From assembly GCA_031414595.1 (NCBI GenBank), contig JANNVX010000078.1, forward strand, positions 1 to 43,853: a stretch of DNA of 43,853 bases. Direction: 5' to 3'. The notes under the pieces are model-generated. The model searched no databases. It saw only the letters and a list, made by a program, of their open reading frames with translations, and was not told the DNA's origin. This document shows positions 27,862-37,031 of this stretch, one piece after another (within the stretch, counting starts at the first letter, position 1; the number at the start of each line of letters is the position of its first letter). A program made the position numbers and the translations under genes. The stretch is from Deinococcales bacterium. Its GTDB lineage: Bacteria; Deinococcota; Deinococci; Deinococcales; JAAFIG01.

Positions 27862-28797
27862 TTAAGCCTTCACAGATGCCAAGACTTTCTCGAGAATATC
27901 TTTAACCAGCACGCCCTCGAGTTCAGCTTCAAATGACAACATCATGCGGTGATTGGCAACCAGCGGTAACGCCCGAATCACATCTTCTTTAGACACAAAT
28001 GGACGGGCATTAAGAAGCGCAAACGCTCGAGCCATTCCCAAAAGCGCCTGCGCTCCTCGCGGCGACAAGCCATAACGCACTCGAGCATCGGTGTGGGTGG
28101 CTTCAACCAATTGCACAATGTACTCGAGCATTGGTTGAGAGACTGGTACATCGCGCACCACCGCCCGTAAAGCCTGTAGCTGCTCGAGTTCAAGGGCTGG
28201 TTGAGGCACACTAGGTTCGCCAGCCTCGAGAATTCGTTTGAGGGTTTCAGGACTTGGGCGCTTAAATTCGAGTCGAGCCAAGAATCTATCTAGCTGCGCT
28301 TCAGGAAGCGGGTATGTGCCTTCCATCTCGAGTGGGTTTTGAGTGGCAATCACCAAGAAAGGCTTGGGGAGTTCATGTCGTTCACCTGCTATCGTGACCG
28401 CCCCTTCCTGCATGGCTTCTAAAAGTGCCGACTGAGTTTTTGGCGTGGCGCGGTTAATTTCGTCTGCCAGTAAGACTTGTGCGAAAATTGGACCACGCAC
28501 GAAACGATACTCGAGCCGCCCCGAACCAGACTCAATAATTTGCGTGCCGGTAATATCGGCTGGCATTAAGTCTGGCGTAAATTGCACCCGACGGTACTCT
28601 AAATTTGCCGCCCTCGAGAAACTCGAAGCCAGAAGGGTCTTACCCAAGCCCGGCACGCCCTCGAGCAGTGCATGACCACCCGCCAGAGCCACGGCAATCA
28701 AGTTTTCCACGACTTCGGTCTGACCAATCAGAACCCGCTCTAAACTGCTTTTTAGGCGCACCGATGCACCATGAACCAAATCTACGCCATCAGCCAT
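27862..28797 (-). CDS. moxR: MoxR family AAA+ ATPase
   Basis: GVPGLGKT, QFTPDLMPADITG, LADEINRA and ATQNPLEMEGTYPLPEAQLDRF motifs. Confidence 0.93.
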   Translation of the reverse strand: MADGVDLVHGASVRLKSSLERVLIGQTEVVENLIAVALAGGHALLEGVPGLGKTLLASSFSRAANLEYRRVQFTPDLMPADITGTQIIESGSGRLEYRFVRGPIFAQVLLADEINRATPKTQSALLEAMQEGAVTIAGERHELPKPFLVIATQNPLEMEGTYPLPEAQLDRFLARLEFKRPSPETLKRILEAGEPSVPQPALELEQLQALRAVVRDVPVSQPMLEYIVQLVEATHTDARVRYGLSPRGAQALLGMARAFALLNARPFVSKEDVIRALPLVANHRMMLSFEAELEGVLVKDILEKVLASVKA

Positions 28798-28850
28798 ATA
28801 AATAGGCTAACACTCGAGAGATGAAAAAAGGGTGTCTTGGGTGTGACAAT

Positions 28851-29861
28851 TTAACCAACCGAACGTTCCAACGCCGATTCACGCATCAGTTCGCCCAGCC
28901 TAGATAAACACCGTGCGTATTTTTTGGCATAGCCTCCAAATCTATAACTTTGCGGAAATAGTTCCTCAAGCGGTACACCAGACAGACTCAAGCGAATTTC
29001 ACGGTCATAGAGTTTATCCACAAAATGCACAAAACGCAGCGCATCATCTTGTTTTTCTATTTGGCTTAAATTCTCGAGAAAGACCGTATTTAAGCCCTCG
29101 AGCAAATGATTAAAACGAATCGGGTGCAGCCGTGCCAAGTGTGCCAATAAATCTGTAAAAGTTTCATAGGCAACATTGCCCGTAGCATTCTCAAAAGCAT
29201 TTTTTAACTGCAAACTTGAGCAAGGTTCAGGCGCAATCAAACCCGCTCTGTGCCGATAATCTGCTCCATCAATGCGGTGTGATTCAAAGCGGTCAGCGAT
29301 GCCTTGGATTTCTCGTTTGAAATCATCGGCATTAAATCGCCCTTCGCCCAATTGCTCAGGCAAGGTGTTACTGGTCGTGACCACTCGAGTGCCACGCGGA
29401 ATCAGTTCGCCTAAAAATCTCGAGACGACCAGCGTATTGCCAACATCATCGAGTTCAAATTCATCTATGCAGAGCAATTTGGCTTGAGCAAAGGCTTGTA
29501 CGGCTTTTGCCATGCCAAAAGCCCCGATTGCAAAAGTTAGTTCAGCAAAACTTAAAAAAAACTTTGTGCCGTTAAATTCATGCCATGTAGCGGCGAGTAA
29601 ATGGGTTTTACCGACCCCAAAGCCGCCATCCAAGTACAGACTTAGGGATTGAACTGGTTTTTTGAAAAGCCTTAGAAAACTTTTTGTGGTTTCGTTACGA
29701 CTCAAAAAAGCCTCGAGCCTCGAGCGAACTGCCGCTTGGCTGGGGAACGCCACATTGGGATTGTAATTGTTAAAACGTACCTTGGCAAAACGCGCTGGCG
29801 GTACAAAACCCTCGAGCATCGCTTCGGGGCGCACTTCTTGGTTACGGCTGGTTAATTGCAC
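28851..29861 (-). CDS. zapE: AFG1/ZapE family ATPase
   Basis: YLDGGFGVGKTHL, CIDEFE and TTSNT motifs. Start uncertain (GTG 29861 or ATG 29888). Confidence 0.85.
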   Translation of the reverse strand: MQLTSRNQEVRPEAMLEGFVPPARFAKVRFNNYNPNVAFPSQAAVRSRLEAFLSRNETTKSFLRLFKKPVQSLSLYLDGGFGVGKTHLLAATWHEFNGTKFFLSFAELTFAIGAFGMAKAVQAFAQAKLLCIDEFELDDVGNTLVVSRFLGELIPRGTRVVTTSNTLPEQLGEGRFNADDFKREIQGIADRFESHRIDGADYRHRAGLIAPEPCSSLQLKNAFENATGNVAYETFTDLLAHLARLHPIRFNHLLEGLNTVFLENLSQIEKQDDALRFVHFVDKLYDREIRLSLSGVPLEELFPQSYRFGGYAKKYARCLSRLGELMRESALERSVG

Positions 29862-29929
29862 GACAGGCACAAGGACAGAGCATAACAAAAAAGCACTCGA
29901 GAAATCTCGAGCGCCCTTGGTTTGATATT

Positions 29930-30286
29930 TTACGCTTGTGCTTGTTTTGCAGCCGTTACCAATTGTTCAAAAGCGGCTGGTTCACGCACGGCAATATCTG
30001 CCAGCATCTTGCGGTCTACTTCGATATTGGCTTTTTTCAGTCCGTTAATAAAAACACTGTAACTCATGCCGTGCAAACGCGTAGCGGCATTGATACGTTG
30101 AATCCATAAACGACGAAAATCGCGCTTTTTGTTACGACGGTCACGGTACGAGTACGTGGCGGCGTTAAGCAAGGTCTGTGAAGCGTTCTTGTAGTTTTTA
30201 CTACGGCTACCCCAGAATCCTTTGGCGCGTTTGAGGATGACTTTGTGACGACGACGACGGATAATACCGGTCTTTGCGCGTGGCAT
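29930..30286 (-). CDS. rplT: 50S ribosomal protein L20
   Basis: MPRAKTG...[15 protein letters not shown]...DRKMLADIA. Confidence 0.98.
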   Translation of the reverse strand: MPRAKTGIIRRRRHKVILKRAKGFWGSRSKNYKNASQTLLNAATYSYRDRRNKKRDFRRLWIQRINAATRLHGMSYSVFINGLKKANIEVDRKMLADIAVREPAAFEQLVTAAKQAQA

Positions 30287-30489
30287 TATTTGCTCCCATA
30301 AGGAATCATGCGAAGCACACGTTCCTGATCGGCATCTGCAAGCACATAGGCTTTGCCTTTGCCACGAATTTCATCGCCGCTTTTATGGTACGACAAATGA
30401 CGCTTACCGGCTTTCCATGCCATTGCTTTACCTGTGCCACTGATTTTAATGCGGCTGGTTGCAACTTTTCTGGTCTTTAACTTACCCAT
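30286..30489 (-). CDS. rpmI: 50S ribosomal protein L35
   Basis: MGKLKTRK...RIKISGTGK...GKRH. ATG 30489 follows a GGAGG RBS and lies immediately upstream of rplT. Confidence 0.95.
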   Translation of the reverse strand: MGKLKTRKVATSRIKISGTGKAMAWKAGKRHLSYHKSGDEIRGKGKAYVLADADQERVLRMIPYGSK

Positions 30490-30581
30490 TTTTCCTCCGC
30501 TCGAGAAGTTCGCGTAGACGCTAATTCTGGTCTTGGCGATGGACGATGCCATACTTAAGCCAACACACTCCAAGCCGAAGA

Positions 30582-30610
30582 AGAATAGCAGACACCGCCA
30601 AAAAGCGCAA
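30582..30610 (-). promoter_or_regulatory. Sigma70-type promoter of rpmI-rplT
   Basis: TTGCGC-17 nt-TATTCT with a TGn extension on the minus strand. Confidence 0.7.
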
Positions 30611-30762
30611 GGGCAATTTAGAGTAGGAACACAACATCAAACGAATAAAACCAAAAGTTTGCCAGTCAAGAAAGTAAATCGTGATACTCTAAAACACGCT
30701 ACTTGAGAAGTCTGAACTGCAATTTGATACGGGATTATTCGGCTCGAGCAAACAGCGATTTG

Positions 30763-33700
30763 ATGAGCGTTGTAAAGATTGGTTTTGATGAGGTTTTAGT
30801 GCAGTTAATACGAATTTTTAAGCCCAAAACCGAAATCTCTGTATCCCCGCCAATTCAGGCATCAGGTGAGCTTCAACAGCTACCTTTGTATCAATTGGGA
30901 GCAAAGAACTTTGAACGCCTTTGCGCTCGGCTGGCGAGTGTGCAAACAGGGGTTCTCGAGGCGTTACTTTATGGTGTGAACGGGCAAGACCAGCACGGTA
31001 TTGATGTCTATGCTAGGCTCAAAGATAGCAGCAACCACACGGTTTACCAAGCAAAATGTTATTCCAATCCCGATGAGGTGAATCTAGCTGAAATTGTTTA
31101 TACACTCCTCTACGAAAATCCTAAGACGGCGCAGGGCAAGTCAAGAAATCCCAATGTAACCGAATTAAAAAAAACTGGAGAACCTGAAAAGAAATGGGCA
31201 AAGCAAGGTAACACTTTTGTTTTATGTGTAGCTTGTAAATGTGAGAAAACCCATTTTGAAACCGACAAACAAGTGCAACGTGAACGGCTCGAGCAGCTAG
31301 GCATTGGCTTTGAAGTTTGGGACGAAGTACGAATCACCAACGAATTACGCAAGCACCCTGAAATTGTGTACGACTTTTTTGGTTTAGAATGGGTTAGGAA
31401 ATTGTTTTCAGACGAAAGTACCTATATTCGCTTCAAAGACAACTTGGATGATTTGGTAAAAATACCAGTACCACGCAGCCATACCACACCAAGCGGAGCG
31501 CTTCGCAGTGAAAACCGCAGTGTCCCGTTTCGATTCCGACGACAGGAACGCAAAAAATACATTGAATGGTTGAATAAATCAGATGACTTTGCCGTAAAAG
31601 TGTTTACGGGCAAAGGTGGTATTGGCAAAACCCGCTTATTTCTCGAGATAGCTCGAATCATGCGGTGCTTAGGTTGGACAGCAGGTTTTATAGACAAGAA
31701 AATCTCTACAGACCAACTTCATACAATTTTGAACCGCGAAACACCTTTATTCCTGATTTTTGATTATGCCGAAGGACGCAAAAATCAACTCGAGGCACTA
31801 ATTTCAAGGTTAGATGGTACTACCCGAAAATACCCAGTCCGAGTTGCCTTACTTGCCCGAGACACAGGTGAATGGCTCGAAACTTTAATTGTCAATATCC
31901 CAAATGCTCGAGAGATTATTCAAAAAGACCCAATTGCAATAAAACCAATTCCAAACGACTCACAAACCAGAGAACGCAGTTACCGCGAAGCATTTTTAGC
32001 CTACTTAAAACAGTTTGATACACCAAATTATGAGCAACGAAAAAATTGGATTCCAACACCACCTGACTTAAGCCACGAAACTTTCCAGCGTGTCTTAGCA
32101 ATTCACATTTCGGCACTGAACATGGTTTTAGCCGAAACAACGAACCCACCCGAGGATTTATCAACCATACTGGATATTCTACTTGAACACGAAATGCGAG
32201 CATGGGATTCAATAAGTACAGAAATTAGCCAAAACGAGTCTCGATCACGCGAACGCCTACGCCGAGTAATGACCATTGCAACGCTTTACGATGGATTCTC
32301 GAGCGAAACCCAAGCCTTAGAAATGGTTCAAAAAGCTCCACTATTTGAGCTAAGTAATGCAGACCAGCACAGAACGGTTTTGCGGCGCTTGAAAGCATTG
32401 TACCCAAAAGACAAACTTTATATTGCACCACTCGAGCCAGATATTTTAGGTGAGCGGTTGGTACAAAAGGAACTCGAGAGTCCAGAAGGGCAACAAATAA
32501 TCAACTTGGTTTTTGGTGAGCCAGAACCGTCTGAGTCACCACCAATTGCAAATTTGGAAACAGCCATTGCTGTGCTTATTCGTATGGTGCAATGGAATCC
32601 AGATAGCAGTGAACAATTACTAAGAACCGTCCTAGAAAATAGAATGCAGCTTTTAGCTTTAATAGTTTTTGACAGCTTACCAGAAGCTACTGTAAAACTT
32701 AGAAAACTTGCTGTGGATTGTGGAGAGTATGCAGAAAGAATTATTGATAATCCAATCTCTCATCTTAGTTTACTTCACGATTTGGGTATTAGGTATCGCC
32801 AATCTGGACTACACTCAAAAGCACTAGAAATCAATCTGAAGACTAGAACAATTTACGAAAAACTTGCTACGGCACAACCAGAAGTATTTAAGCCTGACTT
32901 TGCTATGAGCCTTTTAAGTCTTGGAAATTGCTATGGAACACTAGGAATGAGAGAACTAGCTTTGCAGGTAACACTTGATGCAGTAAAAATTTATAAGGAA
33001 CTCAGCTTTGAAAACCCAGATATTTTTGAACTTAATCTTGCCAGAAGTTTAAGTAGTCTTGGAAATAGGTTCAGCCAACTCGGAATGAAGCTGGATGCAC
33101 TAAAAGTCAGTCAAGATGCAATAGATATTTTCCGTAAGTACCCCGAAACTGCCAAATCAGATTTTGCAGGTACTCTTAGTAATTTAGGGTCAAAATTTAC
33201 AGACCTTGGAAAATATGAAGATGCTCGGATCGCATCCGAAGAAGCAACAAAAAAATATGAAGAGCTTGCCCAACACAAACCAGATACTTTCAATATGCTT
33301 CTTGCAATGAGTTTTACTAATCTCGGTATGAAATATAGCGACCTCGGAGAACATAACAAAGCTGAGGAAACAATTCTTAAAGCAAAGGTCATTTATAACC
33401 AACTTATAAATGAGAACCCAGATGTGTTTCTGCCAGACCATGCAATGAATTTACATAATCTGACAATTTGTTATGGAAATCTTGAAAAGTTCGACTTAGC
33501 TTTACAGGAAGTTCAAAATGCGCTTTCAATACTCAAATTGTATTTTAGTAAATATGGATCGCAGTTTACCGAAAGATATGTATCTTGCCTAATGTTGGCA
33601 ATCGATCTCTACAAAATTGTAAATCAAAAGCCAAATGCCATTAAGTCTATATACTTAGCGATACAAGTTTTTGCAGAACTATTTTTCCAACACCCCAAGG

Positions 33701-33834
33701 TGTTTTTAGACCGTATGTTAAAATTAATTTACGACTATAACATCATCTCTATTGAACTCAATCTCGAGCCAGACCACGAACTCCTCAATCCCATTCTCGA
33801 GAAACTCGAACAATTGCAATCCGAAAATCTATAG
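30763..33834 (+). CDS. PD-(D/E)xK nuclease-like domain + P-loop (STAND-like) NTPase + TPR protein
   Basis: FERLCARL...GQDQHGIDVY...YQAKCY nuclease-like motif, Walker A GKGGIGKT, Walker B LIFDYAE and about 6 C-terminal TPR-like repeats (LA.SL..LG..). Start uncertain between 30703 and 30799. Confidence 0.8.
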   Translation: MSVVKIGFDEVLVQLIRIFKPKTEISVSPPIQASGELQQLPLYQLGAKNFERLCARLASVQTGVLEALLYGVNGQDQHGIDVYARLKDSSNHTVYQAKCYSNPDEVNLAEIVYTLLYENPKTAQGKSRNPNVTELKKTGEPEKKWAKQGNTFVLCVACKCEKTHFETDKQVQRERLEQLGIGFEVWDEVRITNELRKHPEIVYDFFGLEWVRKLFSDESTYIRFKDNLDDLVKIPVPRSHTTPSGALRSENRSVPFRFRRQERKKYIEWLNKSDDFAVKVFTGKGGIGKTRLFLEIARIMRCLGWTAGFIDKKISTDQLHTILNRETPLFLIFDYAEGRKNQLEALISRLDGTTRKYPVRVALLARDTGEWLETLIVNIPNAREIIQKDPIAIKPIPNDSQTRERSYREAFLAYLKQFDTPNYEQRKNWIPTPPDLSHETFQRVLAIHISALNMVLAETTNPPEDLSTILDILLEHEMRAWDSISTEISQNESRSRERLRRVMTIATLYDGFSSETQALEMVQKAPLFELSNADQHRTVLRRLKALYPKDKLYIAPLEPDILGERLVQKELESPEGQQIINLVFGEPEPSESPPIANLETAIAVLIRMVQWNPDSSEQLLRTVLENRMQLLALIVFDSLPEATVKLRKLAVDCGEYAERIIDNPISHLSLLHDLGIRYRQSGLHSKALEINLKTRTIYEKLATAQPEVFKPDFAMSLLSLGNCYGTLGMRELALQVTLDAVKIYKELSFENPDIFELNLARSLSSLGNRFSQLGMKLDALKVSQDAIDIFRKYPETAKSDFAGTLSNLGSKFTDLGKYEDARIASEEATKKYEELAQHKPDTFNMLLAMSFTNLGMKYSDLGEHNKAEETILKAKVIYNQLINENPDVFLPDHAMNLHNLTICYGNLEKFDLALQEVQNALSILKLYFSKYGSQFTERYVSCLMLAIDLYKIVNQKPNAIKSIYLAIQVFAELFFQHPKVFLDRMLKLIYDYNIISIELNLEPDHELLNPILEKLEQLQSENL

Positions 33835-33861
33835 CCCTCTGATGCTCGAGATACTTTGATT

Positions 33862-33937
33862 TAATGCGGTAAAGCTCAAAATAAGCCATGCCCAAAGGTC
33901 GCACCAAAGAAAAATATCTTCGAGCCAAAGTTAGAAA
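33862..33937 (-). pseudogene. Remnant C-terminus of a PIN-domain (VapC) toxin
   Basis: Reads FLTLARRYFSLVRPLGMAYFEL, resembling the VapC ending TLDRRHFS.VRP....FELLP. A 1-nt insertion would restore FELLPH-stop. Confidence 0.55.
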
Positions 33938-34137
33938 TAGTCTCTGGCTCGAGAACCCAAATCTGGAATTCCAGAAGTCGCCATTCCAATCCAAGCTGGA
34001 CGTGGTTTTGGTGTTTGTAAAGCTGTTTCTTGTTGCAGTAACTCGAGTATAACTTGTTCTGGTGTTGTTCCACGACTGACCGCCAAGACATCTAAACGTT
34101 TGGCTAATTCAGAATTAAGTTGAATCTGCAAGGTCAT
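33931..34137 (-). CDS. Ribbon-helix-helix (CopG/VapB-like) antitoxin
   Basis: MTLQIQLNSELAKRLDVLA..RG...EQVILELL plus a C-terminal WIGM..SG..DL. ATG lies 6 nt after TACACT. Confidence 0.7.
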   Translation of the reverse strand: MTLQIQLNSELAKRLDVLAVSRGTTPEQVILELLQQETALQTPKPRPAWIGMATSGIPDLGSRARDYF

Positions 34138-34166
34138 ATTTTTAGTGTAGCACAAGCCGATTCTAT

Positions 34167-36374
34167 TCATCCTTCAAGCAGTAAATTAGCGTATTTGACC
34201 AATAATTTCTTAGCCCCAGCCTCAAAATGAATCATTGCTTCAAGCCTATCGCCAATGCCCGTCACTGCCAGCACCTTGCCAATGCCAAATTTAGGGTGCT
34301 TGACGCGTTCCCCACCCTTTAAGCTCAGCACCGCCCCACCAGCCGCCTCGAGCTTGGCTTGAAGGGCTGGCGGGGTGCATTGTGGGTCAATTCTTGCGCC
34401 ATAAGGTTCATTGAATAAATTGACTTGCGCCATCAAATCTTGGGGAATGTCACGCAAAAACCGTGATTCTTCGCTAGGCATGGTTTTCCCGTAGACTTGC
34501 CGAGATTCTGCCATCGTAATCCAAAGCCGTTCCATGGCTCTGGTAATACCAACATACAAAAGTCTACGTTCTTCTTCGATACCACCCGCTTCAACAATAC
34601 TCGAGCGGTGCGGTAAAAGCCCATCTTCAAAACCAACCAAGAAAATATTCTCAAACTCGAGACCTTTGGCATTGTGCAAGGTCATCATCGTCACGCAGTC
34701 CTCGGGGGTATTTTTGTTATCGCGTTTGGTTCGCATGTCATCCACGCTGCTTAGAAGCGCACTATCATCTAAAAACTCGAGAATTGTGCCGTGGTTTTCG
34801 CCGTCCCATTCAGCCGCCGCATTGACAAGCTCGTTAATATTTTCTAAACGCGCTTCGGTTTCAAATTTATTGGTCTTGATTTCCGATTCAAGCATGGCTT
34901 TGTAACCCGTTACGTCTATGACCAGTCTAAAGAATTCTTCGGCACTGTGGGCTGAGGAATACTCGGATAACTCGAGAATCAACTTGCCAAACTCTTCGCA
35001 TTTATTGCCGCCACGCTCGAGAATTTCATCCCCTTTTAAGAGCGCAGTTAAGAGCGAAGTGTTGCTGAGTTTTGCCCAAGTCTCGAGTTTTTCTAAAGTC
35101 GTGTCGCCAATGCCTCGGCGTGGGCGTTTCATGGCGCGTTTCATGGCGAGGTCATCCGAGTTATTAACTGCTGCACGCGCATACGCTAGTAAATCCTTGA
35201 TTTCTTGGCGGTCATAAAAGGACATCCCACCCACAATTTTACTCGGCACACCTGAGCGCATCAGCCGTTCCTCGAGAACTCGACTTTGGGCATTGGTGCG
35301 GTACAAAATCGCTATTTTCTTGTACTCTGAGCCGCTTCCTCGCAAGGCTTCGATGCGATTGGTCACAAATTCGGCTTCGGCGCGGTGGTCTGGCGCTCGG
35401 TAAAAACGCACTGGTTCACCGGCTGGTTTGACCGCCACTAAATTCTTCTCGAGCCGTTCAGAGTTGTGTTTAATTAAGGCGTTGGCTATCTCGAGAACCC
35501 GAGCATTGCTACGGTAATTGGCTTCAAGGCGGTAAATCGCGGCATCAGGGTAATCTTTTTGAAAATCGAGGATATTTTGAATATCTGCGCCACGAAAGGC
35601 ATAAATACTCTGGTCGGGGTCGCCAATCACGATTAAGTTGCGGTATTTTTCGGATAACAAGCGGGTCATTTCGTACTGGACTTTGTTGGTGTCTTGGTAC
35701 TCGTCTACATGGGCAAAAACCGCCCTATTCTGGATTCGCTCGAGAACATCCTCGCGTTCCTTAAAGAGTTTTACGGTCATGACCAAAAGGTCGCCAAAGT
35801 CAATCGCATTGGCGCGGCGCATGGCGCTCTCGTAGCGCCTGTAAGATTCCACAACCACATCCTTGGGCATTCCAGACATGTACTCCTCGCCTTGCACCCC
35901 AAGGTCTTGCGGAGTCCACAGGTTCGATTTGGCACGGTCAATAATGCCGCGCAAATAACGCGGGTTGTAATCGCCAGCCCCAGAAATTCCCTCGAGAATG
36001 TTTTTGAGAATATCCAATTGGTCAGAATCATCATAAATCACAAAACCGGTTTTAAGCCCTACAAACTCGCCGTAGCTTCGCAAAATTCGTACACCCGCAC
36101 TGTGAAACGTCGTGACCCAAATCTGTTCGGCGTGCTTACCGATTAAATGGTTGACCCGTTCTTTGAGTTCGCCAGCCGCTTTATTGGTAAATGTCACCGC
36201 CAAAATTTCGTTCGGGTACACCCCGTGTGCCTCCATCAAATAGGCAATGCGGCGCACCACCGTACTGGTTTTGCCCGCCCCAGCCCCCGCCACGACTAGC
36301 GCAGGTCCATGCAAGTGTTCGGCAGCCGCTCGCTGTGCGGGATTAAGGGAATCAAGTAAAGAAGAATCAGCCAT
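34167..36374 (-). CDS. uvrD: UvrD/PcrA ATP-dependent DNA helicase
   Basis: AGAGAGKT, VDEYQDTN, GDPDQSIYAFRGA, NYRS, LHNAKGLEF and EERRLLYVGITRA motifs with a C-terminal Tudor-like tail. Start ATG 36374. Confidence 0.95.
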   Translation of the reverse strand: MADSSLLDSLNPAQRAAAEHLHGPALVVAGAGAGKTSTVVRRIAYLMEAHGVYPNEILAVTFTNKAAGELKERVNHLIGKHAEQIWVTTFHSAGVRILRSYGEFVGLKTGFVIYDDSDQLDILKNILEGISGAGDYNPRYLRGIIDRAKSNLWTPQDLGVQGEEYMSGMPKDVVVESYRRYESAMRRANAIDFGDLLVMTVKLFKEREDVLERIQNRAVFAHVDEYQDTNKVQYEMTRLLSEKYRNLIVIGDPDQSIYAFRGADIQNILDFQKDYPDAAIYRLEANYRSNARVLEIANALIKHNSERLEKNLVAVKPAGEPVRFYRAPDHRAEAEFVTNRIEALRGSGSEYKKIAILYRTNAQSRVLEERLMRSGVPSKIVGGMSFYDRQEIKDLLAYARAAVNNSDDLAMKRAMKRPRRGIGDTTLEKLETWAKLSNTSLLTALLKGDEILERGGNKCEEFGKLILELSEYSSAHSAEEFFRLVIDVTGYKAMLESEIKTNKFETEARLENINELVNAAAEWDGENHGTILEFLDDSALLSSVDDMRTKRDNKNTPEDCVTMMTLHNAKGLEFENIFLVGFEDGLLPHRSSIVEAGGIEEERRLLYVGITRAMERLWITMAESRQVYGKTMPSEESRFLRDIPQDLMAQVNLFNEPYGARIDPQCTPPALQAKLEAAGGAVLSLKGGERVKHPKFGIGKVLAVTGIGDRLEAMIHFEAGAKKLLVKYANLLLEG

Positions 36375-36418
36375 AAAGCCACACAGTATAACCCGAGTTT
36401 TCTTGTATAATCGTAGAC

Positions 36419-36754
36419 ATGACAATCGTTCTGGATAAAGGTTCTTTGACTTTAATTGATCATTATCGTAGAGAACATGGAATTCGTACTCGCAAAGCAG
36501 CATTAGCAAAAATCATTGCTACTGTCATCCCAGTACCAAGCAATAATCAGTCTCTGACTGAAACGCAGGAGCATCCGCTTGATGTTAAACTGCGGGAGGC
36601 TCGAGCAAACCCGAGTAATGAGAAAATTCCTGCTCGAGTTAAACGGTCTTTTGAAGAAATGCGTTTGGCTCGAGCCAATGGCACGTTACAAACTGTTTCT
36701 CATGCAGAAATGATGGAACGTTTGCAACGGAGAAAAAAAGCCAATTCGCAGTGA
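36419..36754 (+). CDS. Putative antitoxin
   Basis: Small ORF upstream of a RelE-like toxin, ending in a VSHAEM antitoxin-like motif. TATAAT lies 7 nt before the ATG. Confidence 0.65.
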   Translation: MTIVLDKGSLTLIDHYRREHGIRTRKAALAKIIATVIPVPSNNQSLTETQEHPLDVKLREARANPSNEKIPARVKRSFEEMRLARANGTLQTVSHAEMMERLQRRKKANSQ

Positions 36755-36758
36755 TTTA

Positions 36759-37031
36759 ACTCCGTATTCAATCGAATATCATCGAAGAGCCGAAAAAGTA
36801 ATAGATGCTTTGTCCAGTGAAAATACAGAACGCGTATTGTTGGCGCTGCAACACTTGGCTTTAACTGCCAATGGTGATGTTGTCGCTTTAGGCGAAAGCT
36901 ACCAAGCCGAGTATCGTTTGCGAGTCGGTAATCTCAGGGTTTTTTTCGATGTTGTCTTACCTGAACGTATTATTTTTGTAGCTGACCTCGAGAAACGCGG
37001 CGAGGCGTACAAGAAAAAATCTAAGCGCTAA
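36759..37031 (+). CDS. RelE/ParE-family toxin (start codon unclear)
   Basis: YSIEYHRRAEKVIDAL...YRLRVGNLRVFF...KRGEAYK. The first canonical in-frame start is TTG 36810, downstream of the conserved N-terminal motif. Confidence 0.75.
   Translation, partial: TPYSIEYHRRAEKVIDALSSENTERVLLALQHLALTANGDVVALGESYQAEYRLRVGNLRVFFDVVLPERIIFVADLEKRGEAYKKKSKR

Noticed and set aside
36375-36418. Deinococcal RDRM/DdrO operator upstream of uvrD
   Set aside because: No convincing 17-bp RDRM-like palindrome is visible. The region holds two divergent -10 boxes.
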